From: Parvularia atlantis
Lineage: Eukaryota
Direction: 5' to 3'
Assembly (NCBI GenBank): GCA_943704415.1
Contig: CALSCO010000081.1
Location: forward strand, 1 to 56,184
Length of the DNA: 56,184 nucleotides
Below, one piece after another: positions 47,340-56,184 of this stretch. The position numbers and the translations under genes are program-made. Under the pieces are notes generated by a model. That model had not been told where the DNA came from, made no database searches, and worked only from the letters and a program-made list of their open reading frames with translations. Numbering within the stretch: position 1 is the stretch's first letter; every line of letters begins with the position of its first letter.

Positions 47340-50300
47340 ATGGACGTGTTGCCCTTCGGCGCGTCGGGCGTGGACGCGCTGGCGGCGGCGGCGGCGATGA
47401 GCGAGGGGCGGTGCGTGCGCCGGGCCGGGCCGTGTCGGCGCGTCGCGTCGCGTTGACGAGCCCGGTGGGGGGAGGGGGCGATTAGGACGCATGAGGAGGC
47501 CCTGCACAACCTCAACGTGACGGCGGCGTCGCGCCTCGAGTCGCTCGGCAAGGTGCTGCCGCTGAGCGAGATCGCGCAGCGCCTCAGCGTCGACCACGAG
47601 ACAATGCAGCGCGCGCGCGAGCTGGCCGACGTCGCCCTCCGCGCCGGCACGATGCAGGTGCCGTCGCGTGTGAGCAATCGCGCGCACTCGACGTGACAGC
47701 GGCGGCGGCACAGACGTCGTCGATGCGCGGCTCGCTGCTCAACCTGGGCCTCGTCTGGTTCGCAGGGCGGCTCAACCTGCTCGGCGCGCGGCTGGTGCGC
47801 GGCACGGCGTCTTCGTCTTCGTCGTCTTCGTCGTCGGCGGCGGCGACAGCGGCCGCATCGAGCGCGCAGGCCGGCGCACCGCACGCCAACGGCATCACCG
47901 CCAACCAACTGCTCAACCTCGTGCCGGCGTCGGGGCTCAAGTGCGCGCGCCTGCCGTTGCCGCGCGTGGCTCACGATGGCGCCAGCGTCGACGGCTTCTG
48001 CGACCACCTGCGCCAGTTCCTCGCGGGCGAGCTCAAGGGCCTCGCGGGCGAGACGCGCGAGCTGCTCGCGGCGCAGGTCGACCAGCTCAAGCGGGTGCGG
48101 TCCGGGCGCGGGTGTGTGCGTGCGCTCACCGATGCACCCGGCCGCGCAGTCATACATGGCCCTGTTTAACGTGCATAAGCGCTACAACATGGTCTTCGCC
48201 GCGCTGTACCGCAGCGACGTCGCGCCGGCGCAGCGCGGCCTGCCCGTCGTGTTCAAGATGGGCTGGCTCCTGTTTCTGGTCGCACAGGGTGCGCCCCGAC
48301 CTCGGTGTGTGCGGGCGCCGCCCCTCACCCGCGGGCGCTGCGCAAAAGAACACCTGCTGGCCGAGGACCAGATCAATTCGGGCAACGCCTTCCTGATCAT
48401 GTTGTGCGTGCTCCTACTCATGGCCTGCCAGGACGAGGACAACCTCGAGTTTACCGCGAGCGGCGCGGGCTTGGGCGCGCCTGTGGAACGGCTGCATACT
48501 TACTGCTGCCTGCGCAGTCCACCTCGCCATCGCGTCGTCGCGCACCATGGACAGCAGCGCCGCAAACCCCGCCGCCGTCTACGCCGCCGTGCACAAGCTG
48601 TTTGTGGAGACGCTGGACGTCTCGAGCAGCGACCTCTCGACGGCCGAAAACTCGTTTTCGGGCTTCATGAAGGAGGCGCGCCTGAGCGGCGCGGCGCGGT
48701 GCAGCACGTCCGGCTGATGACCGCGCGCAGATCACGCAGCGTCGCTTTTCGGGCTTCTCGCACGAGTACCGTGGCAAGAGCGGCGACCACGCCTGGAGCA
48801 TCGCAAGCATCCAGGCAATGGCCCACGACTCGCCCGTGGGTGCACGCGCGCGCTGATCGCAGTGCGACGACGTCCAGGGCCTCCTCCGTGAGCGCGGCAA
48901 CGCTCTGCACAGCAACATCATGAGCCTCGACCGCGCGTACGAGGAGCGGCTACACATGTGCTCGGGCCGGTTCGACGCGCGCGCCCTGCTCAGCGCCCCG
49001 CGCACGACCGGTGCGGCCGCGTTTCCTCCTCTTTGCGCGCGCTTACCATGTGCACGCCGCGCCAGGCGCCGATTCGCCGCGCCGCCCGCTCGCCACGCCG
49101 CGCTCGACGCTGAGCTACATGCGCTCGCCGGCCACGCGCAACCTGGCGTCGCAGTTTGAGATGGCCTACGTGCGTTCGCGCGCACGGCACGTCGCTGTGC
49201 GGCACTCATGCGCGGCAGCAGCACCCGATGCTCGCTACGCCGATGACCGCCGGCGTGGACGAGCTCGCGATGCCGCGCGCCAACGTCGTCCCGCGCCTGA
49301 ACATGTCGTTCTTCCGGCAGCTGGTGCGCGCAACATCACTGGTGCACTGTTGCCGTTGACGCGCGCACGCACAGCCCGAGCGCCCGTCGTCGCGCCTGGT
49401 GGCCTTTTTTGACGCGTGCCAGCCGTCGCCCGAGGAGGCGATCGCGCTGCGGCTGAACGACGTGCAGCGTGAGCCGCGCGCGCGACTCTTGCTGTCTCGC
49501 GCCGGCTGAGACATGTGGTGCCCGCACGCATAGACTGGCTCAGCTCGACCGTGCCGAGCAAGGCGCAGGTGTGGGCGCTCGTGCCGCGGACGTACTACTA
49601 GTGCGTGTCGCCCGTGCGCGCTGCTCGCCTGCGTCTGACGTGGGCCGCAGCATCCTCGAGGCCATGCTCAAGCGCGAGCAGGCCCGGCTGCGCACGGTGG
49701 GCAACGCTGCCCGGACGCTCATGTGTGCTCACGCTTGCCCGCATCCCGCGCGCAGGAGAATTTTGCGCACCTGCTGAACGACTCGCTGTACCACAAGGCG
49801 CTGCTCGCTTGCACGATCGAGGTGATCCGCTACGAGCACAAGGTGCGTGCGCGCGTGGGCCGCGTCTGCTGCGCAGCGAGCCTCGCGGCCCGGCGGCGCA
49901 GGTGGACGAGCTCGCGTTTGAGCAGATCCTGTACCGCCTCGACCTGCGGCCGTTCTTCTTCCTGCTCGTGATCGAGCCGTTCATCCTCGACCTGCACCAG
50001 GTGCGACGTGCGCTGCGAGGGGCGCCGACTGAGCACGCGGCCGCAGCACCTCGGCCGCGACAACATCCGGCGGCTCAAGGAGATCGAGGAGCGCATTCTC
50101 GAGTCGGAGGCGTGGAAAGACCGCGACCCGATCTACACGCTGCTGCAGCAGGAGGAGACCGGTGCGCGCGGCCCAGCGGTGCAAGCCAGAACGCTGACGC
50201 GCGCACGTTGCATCCAGAACTCGCCGAGCAGCCGGGCGCCGCGGTCGTGCAGTCGTCGCCGCGTGCGTTGCCCGCTTCGGTTGCACGCTGCTGCTGTCCA

Positions 50301-51787
50301 GCGCTCACCGCACGCACAGGCAAGGCGATCCAGGCGGTGGCCCACGCGCGCTCGCTCTCGCGCATGATCAGCTCGTCCGACGCGGCCACCGGCGCGGCCG
50401 TGCACAACCGCAGCTTCAAGTGCAACCGGTTGCAGGTCTGTTTGTTGCGTGCGCCCCGAGCGAGAGAGATGTCTGACGGCGCTGCAGTTCTTCTACCGCA
50501 AACTGTACCGCCTCGCGCACGTGCGCCTGACGCAGCTGAGCAACACGCTCGGCATCGTCGACATCCTGCCGCGGGTGCGTCCCGCGTGGGCGATGTGGCG
50601 CGGCGCTTACCCGTCGGCAGACGTGGGACATGCTCGTCGAGGTGCTGGCGCGCGAGGGCACGCTGAAGCTGCTGTACCGGCGCCACCTCGACACGATGAT
50701 CATGTGCACGACGTACTGCGTGAGCAAGGTGCGCTGCGCTCACTGTGTCGAGCCGCGCCGCACCCTCACGACTGCGCCGCAGGTCAAGCTGCCCGAGGAG
50801 CGCCAGCTCAAGTTCAAGGACATCATCAACAAATACGTGCTGCAGCCCCAGAGCGACCACGCCAACTTCAAGAAGATCAACATCGCCGACCGCGAGTCGC
50901 TGCATGTGACCCAGGCCGTCGACGTGATCCAGTTCTACAACCTGTGCTTCCTGCCGGAGGTCATGCCAATCGTCAACTTGCTGACGAGCGAGGCCAGCGG
51001 CGACCTGTGCGTGCCGACGCGCAGGCGCTGCCGATGTCCGGTCGCTGACCACCGCACAGCGAGGCCGGTCGCAGCCTCCCGCACGCGCCGCAGCCGCAGA
51101 GCTCGCCGCAGCGCCTGTCGGCGCGTTCGCGCGTGTTTGTGGGCTCGCTGTCGTCGGGCGACCCGTCGATGACGCCCAGCTCGAGTGCGTGTTGTCCGCG
51201 CGCGTGCACACCTCTCACCCCCGCCGCCGCGCCGGCGATAGACCTGCGCCACCTCAACCAGCAGCTGCACGCGCAGATGATGAGCATGACGCCGCGCTCG
51301 AAGAAGCTGTTTAGCGTCAACGAGGCGCGCCCACCGCTCGGCAGGCAGCTGCGCATGATTGCTGACCCCGCGCGCCGTGCAGACGATCGGCCAGAGCCCG
51401 CAAAAGCAGCTGCAGGACATCAACGCGATGGTTGCGGCGGCGCCCAGCAGCAGCGCGCCCGCGCTGTCGGCCACCTGGGGCGCGACCAAGCGCCTGTTCC
51501 AGCCGTCGTCGACCGACGGTGCGGCTGACAAGACGTTGACGCCGTCGTCCTCCTCCTCCTCCTCGGCTGGCGACGCCGCGTTTGGGATCGCGCCGTTGAC
51601 ACCGCCGGCGAAGCGGCCGCGTGAGGTGCGTGCCTGCGCTGGCGCGTGCGCAACAGCTCACTTGTCACGCGCAGGACAAGGGCAGCAGCACAGACGGCGC
51701 GCCGGCAGAGGTGCGTTGCGGTTTTTGTGCAGTCTTGCTGCATGCACTGACGCTGCGCGCGCCCAGCAGACGGCCCAAGCACCATGA
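47340..51787 (+). CDS. RB: Retinoblastoma-family pocket protein
   Basis: N-domain FKMGWLLFLV. Pocket A: YY.ILEAMLKREQARL...YHKALLACTIEVI...VIEPFI...LKEIEERILESEAW. Pocket B: FFYRKLYRLAHVRL...RHLDTMIMCTTY...KFKDIINKY..QPQ...DVIQFYN..FLP. C-terminus: MTPRSKKLF...SPQKQLQDINAMV...KRLF. Confidence 0.92.
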
Positions 51788-51876
51788 ACTCTGCGCTCTT
51801 TTCTTCGCCTGTAATCCGCTCTTATCCGAAACCAGACAAGCACCCCCCCACAGCCTCGCGGCACACGGTCTCTTTT

Positions 51877-53742
51877 TCACTTGCGCGCGGGCGACCGGCT
51901 GCGCGACCGGCCACGGCTGCGGCTGCGGCTGCGGCTGTGGCTGGAGCTGCGTGTTGTGCGCGCAGGCGCGTGAGGCGGTGCGAGCGAATGAGTGGGCCGG
52001 CGCGCACCTGCGCGAGCGCGAACGCGACGACGACGACCGCGAGCGCGAGCGCGACCGGCCGCGCTTGGCCGCACGTTCCCTTGCGCCACACCGGGCGTCA
52101 GCTCCTCGTGCAACACGCGCGCGCCCCGCACCTGTCGGCCTCCACGCGCTCTTTGCGCCGCCGCTCGCGCTCGGCCTCGCGCTCCTTCTCTTGCTCGGCG
52201 CGCTCGCGCTCGCGCTGCTTGATGCGCTCCTCGCGCTCGAGCTTCTGCAGGACGGGGCTGCGTCAGCTGCCGACAGCGTGGCGCGCGCACCGCGTGCCTT
52301 TTGCACAATCTCCTCGTCCGACAGCGGCCGGTAGTACAGCATCGGCTTGGTCTCGGTCTTGAGGAAGAGGTCGTCGAGCGTCTTCATCGGCTGCGCCGGC
52401 GCGGCGGGCTGCACGATCTGCGCAGCATCAGTCGCCTGCGCAGAGCGTTGCAGCGGTCGGCACACACCGGCGCAGCGTCAGCCGCCGGCTTGGCCGACGT
52501 CTCCGTCGGCATGGCACCGCTGCCGTTGCTGCTGGCGCGATGACGGTCGGCGTCGAGCGCGGGCCGCTTCGCCGCTGCGGCGGCGGCGGTACTGTCGTCG
52601 TGCGGCCGCTTGGCCGCGGCTGCGGCGGCGCTGCCGGAGGGTGTGTCAAGCGACACGGTGCGCCCCGAGGACAGCACGCGCTCGACCGATGCTGCGTTGC
52701 CGGCGTTGGTCGGGGGCACGCGCGCCCCACTGAGCACGGCCGCCGTGGCACTCGAGGGCGCAGCGGGCATGACGACTGCGCACGGTGTGAGGCACGGCGG
52801 ATGTGCGGGATGTGCGGGATGGGACGCGCACGCACTCGCCGTCGGCTGCAGGTTCTGGCCGCCCTTGGCGATCCAGTCCTCGGCCTCGGTGGCCGTCACA
52901 AGCTCGCCCTCGATGATGCGGCCATGGCCGGGCGGGAACTGGATGCCGTGGAAGGCCTTGAGCGCGGCCTTGGCGGCGTCCTCGGTGTCGAACTGTGCGC
53001 GCGTGGGCGGCTTGTTACGCGCATTTCGCGTGCGTGCGGCGTGCGGCGCGCGCACCACCGCGAAGCAGTGCGTGAACTTGCTGTCCATGAAAAACTTGCC
53101 GAGGTTGCCGTGGGCCTTGAGCAGCGTCTCTATCTGTGCGCGCTGCACCGGCCGCACAAAGTTGCGCAGGTACACTGCTGTCTTGGTCGCTGCGCTCGCG
53201 GCCGTGCTCGTGGCCGTGCTCGCGGGTGCTGTCGCCGGCGCAGGCGTGGCCGTGTTTGTGGGCTTTGGTGCCTCGGCCTTCGGTGCCTCGGCCTTCGGTG
53301 CCTCGGCCTTCGGTGCCTCGGCCATGGCCTTGGGCTCGGCCTTGGGTGCTTCAGCCTTGGCCTTGGGCGCTTCAGCCTTGGGCGGCTTCACGTCAATCGG
53401 CTCGTCCTTCGCGCCCTCGTCCTTCGCGCCCACGTCCTTCGCGTCCTCCTCCTTCGCGCCCACGTCCTTCGCGTCCTCCTCCTTCGCGCCCACGTCCTTC
53501 GCGTCAGCACTCGTGTCTGCGCCCGCCGCGTCGCCCGCCGCGTCTGCGCTGATGGCCTCGTTGAGCCTGCGCGCCGCCACCGCCGCCACCGCAGCAGCCG
53601 CAGCAGCCGCAGCAGTGAGCGTCGTGGCGCGTCGCCGCGGCGGGCCGCACCGGTCGAGCAGCTCGCGCTTGAGGCCCTTGGTGGCGAGGCCGCGCTCGCC
53701 GAGCGCCTTGCGCAGCTCGGCCACCGTCATCTTGTCCGTCAT
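51877..53742 (-). CDS. ACIN1: Acinus-like splicing/ASAP-complex protein (SAP, RRM, RSB motif, RS tail)
   Basis: SAP domain MTVAELRKALGERGLATKGLKRELLDRL; RRM VYLRNFVRP...FFMDSKFTHCF...HGIQFP; RSB motif TLDDLFLKTETKPMLYYRPL; RS-dipeptide C-terminus. Confidence 0.9.
53268..53505 (-). repeat. Coding tandem repeats in Acinus: 15-bp units (AEAPK) and 30-bp units (DAKDVGAKEE)
   Basis: CTTCGGTGCCTCGGC repeats at about 53278-53322 and TCCTTCGCGCCCACGTCCTTCGCGTCCTCC repeats at about 53420-53505. Confidence 0.9.
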
Positions 53743-54195
53743 CCCGCCCTGTACGCGCGCGTGTCACTCAAACTGCACCCACAGCGCATACCACTGATCG
53801 CCACAGCCAGGTTGCTTGTGCTTCAATGTGCAGTGCGACGCACAGTTGATTGACTGTCGAACCCGCTAGAGATCGAATTTCAGCGTGGCACACCCCGAAC
53901 GCAGACAGGCGACGGGTGTGGCAGAGCATGCCTCGTGCGGCGGCGCGGCACGGCGCGGCGCGGGGCGCGGGGGAGGGCGCGGCGCGACGAGGACGACCTT
54001 CGAAGCCCGATTGCGAGCTCGCGCCGCTGCCGCAAGGCCGGCCTGCTTGAGCGATGCCATCACACACGAGAAGAGCAATGAAGCTGACGGTCGCGCCCGC
54101 CCGCGATACCCCTCCGCGCCCGCGTCCGCGCCGGCCGCTGCGGACGCAGGCGCCGCCCCGCCGCGGGGCGCCCGCTGGCTGCTCCGCTGAGAACA

Positions 54196-54270
54196 CCGCG
54201 CGGTGATGACTCAAAACGCGACGAGGCCTCGGGCCGATGAGTCGGCAAATTACACTTGAGCTGAGCGCGG
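54196..54270 (+). ncRNA. Candidate box C/D guide RNA (sno/scaRNA) targeting U2 snRNA
   Basis: Terminal stem CCGCGC (54196-54201)/GCGCGG (54265-54270), box C GTGATGA (54203-54209), internal GA-GGCC-TCG-GGCC-GATGA (D'/C'-like), box D CTGA (54261-54264). The pre-D guide ATTACACTTGA is complementary to conserved U2 UCAAGUGUAGU. Confidence 0.65.
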
Positions 54271-54316
54271 ATTTGTCACGGTGCAAAGACGTCCGAACAG
54301 CGAGGTTACAATGGGC

Positions 54317-56184
54317 TCACGACAGCGGCACCGGCCGCTTGACCACCGGCTTGTCGTCCTTGACCGGCGCCGGCAGCACCTTGTCGCGCTGCAGCGTCTT
54401 GCCCTGTGCCGCGCCGCGCGTCAGCCGCTGCCACGCACAGACGTGCGAGCCGCGCACCTGCAGCACGGCCTTGATCTCGTCGCGCGAGAGCGTCTCGTAC
54501 TCGAGCAGGGCCTGCGCGAGCCGGTGCAGGTCCTCCTTGTGCGTCTTGAGGAGGTTGGTGGCGCGCTGGCGCGATTCCTGTGTGCGGGGCAGCCGTGAGC
54601 CACACTGCCATGCTGCGGTGGCTGCTTGTCGCACGCACCTCGAGCAGCATCTTGATCTCGCGGTCGATCTCCTCGCGCGTGGCCGGGCTCAGCTTGCTCA
54701 TGTCCTCGTCCCTATACAGCACGGCCCCGACCTGCGGCGCACGCGCTCAGCCACGCACACAGCCTTCACGAAGCGAGCGCACCTTGCTGCTCATGCCGTA
54801 CCGCATGACCATGGCCTTGGCGATGCGCGTGGCCGCGTCGATGTCGCTCGACGCGCCCGTAGTCACGTAGTCCGTCCCGAAGATCAGCTCCTCGGCCACG
54901 CGCCCGCCAAATGCCACGTCCATGCGCGCGATCAGCTGCTGGCGCGTCCACGACAGCTCGTCCTTCTCGGGCAGCTGCGCAACCATGCCGAGCGCTGAGC
55001 CGCGCGGCATGATCGTGGCCTTGTGTACGGGCATCGCGCCCGGCGTGAGCATGGCCACGAGCGCGTGCCCGCCCTCGTGGAAGGCGACCATGCGCCGGTT
55101 GCCCTCCTCAATCACGGCCGACTTGCGCTCGGCGCCCATGATAATCTTGTCCTTGGCGTGCTCAAAGTGGCGCATCTCGACCATCAGCACGCCGTCCATC
55201 GACGCCTGGATCGCTGCCTGGTTGACCATGTTGGCCAGGTCCGCGCCCGAAAAGCCCGGCGTGCCCCGCGCGAGCATGTTGAAGTTGACGTCTGCGGCAG
55301 TGCGCGAGCGCGGCAGTGAGCAGCATGGCGTCCGCGTGATGAGCGCCGCAAACAACGCACCCGGCGCCAGCGGCACAGTGCGGGCGTGCAGCCGCAAGAT
55401 GCGCTCGCGCCCGCGCACGTCCGGCAGCGGCACGGTGATGTTGCGGTCAAAGCGCCCAGGCCGCACGAGGGCCTTGTCGAGCAGCTCGGGGAAGTTGGTC
55501 GCGCCAATCACGATCACGCCCTCGGTCGACGAGAACCCGTCCATCTCGACCAGCAGCTGGTTGAGCGTCATCTTGACCATCTGGAAGTCCTTCGGGTTGC
55601 GCGAGCTGCCGACGGCGTCGATCTCGTCAATGAAGATGATGCAGGGCGCGCTGCGGCGGGCCGCGGCTGCGCGCGCGCGCGTGTCAGCCAACGCCGCTGC
55701 CGGTCACGCGCGTGCGCACCAAACAGCTCGCGCACGCGCCGCGCGCCCACGCCCACAAACATCTCGTCAAACTCGGAGCCCGAGCAGTAGAAGAACGGGA
55801 CCTGGGCCTCGCCTGCGATCGTCTTGGCGAGGAGCGTCTTGCCCGTGCCGGGCGGGCCCGTGAGCAGGATGCCCTTGGGCAACTTGCCGCCGAGGCGCGT
55901 AAACTTGCTCGGCTTGCGCAGGTACTCGACCACCTCCATCAGCTCCTGCTTGGCCTCGTCCACGCCCTCGATGTCGCTGAACTTGTAGTTGGCCGCGGAC
56001 GTGTTGGGCTCGGCGCTCGAGGGCATCGCGACCGACTTGCCGATCCCACGCTCCTCCATCAGCACCGACACGCCCGAGATCAGCAGCAGCGACACAAGCA
56101 TGTAGCGCGCGAGGCGGTACGCCTGCTCTTTCCACGCTGCCGGGGGCGGGCGCGGCAGTCAGAGCATGCTGGGGGGGGGGGGGG
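54317..56184 (-). CDS. YME1: Mitochondrial i-AAA FtsH-family metalloprotease, 5' part outside the window
   Basis: [82 protein letters not shown], zinc site [20 protein letters not shown]. Confidence 0.95.

Noticed and set aside
53850..53885. GGTTCGA on the minus strand as a tRNA T-loop or B box
   Set aside because: The flanks do not form a T stem or a cloverleaf.
54306..54321. ACAATGGGCTCAC resembling the RNase MRP CR-V motif
   Set aside because: No matching CR-I (GAAAGUCCCC-like) partner was found upstream, and the motif overlaps the Yme1 stop codon.

Overview
GC-rich, very compact and intron-dense eukaryotic nuclear DNA. Introns are mostly about 45-90 nt, with GTGCGY donors, CTGAC/CTCAC branch sites and YAG acceptors, so the supplied ORF track is mostly exon fragments and antisense noise. 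Splicing by eye gives 20 protein-coding genes in this order: TOR kinase, Vps45 (3' end missing), Tudor-SN (3' end missing), a bacterial-type glycyl-tRNA synthetase, an ankyrin-repeat protein, a stand-alone voltage-sensor-like protein, an SLC26/SulP transporter, a P4-ATPase flippase, a myristoylated 4-EF-hand/PIP5K fusion, an RCC1-repeat protein, adenylosuccinate synthetase, Sla1, a 2H phosphoesterase, a cyclopropylsterol isomerase (CPI1) homolog, PP4R1, an ABCB half-transporter, an FAH-family hydrolase, a retinoblastoma homolog, Acinus and Yme1 (partial). Fungal-type Sla1 together with a retained Rb suggests an early-diverging fungus or a unicellular relative of fungi; this is an inference. 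The best leads are: the Ca2+-sensor/PIP5K fusion; a plant/amoeba-pathway sterol enzyme (CPI1) whose ATG lies 19 bp from that of a divergent 2H phosphoesterase; a candidate box C/D guide RNA predicted to methylate U2 snRNA A30; tandem E2F sites in front of Rb; the bacterial-type GlyRS; frequent GC-AG introns; and a probable assembly collapse at a poly-C run near 12.66 kb. All family assignments come from recalled motifs, not database searches.
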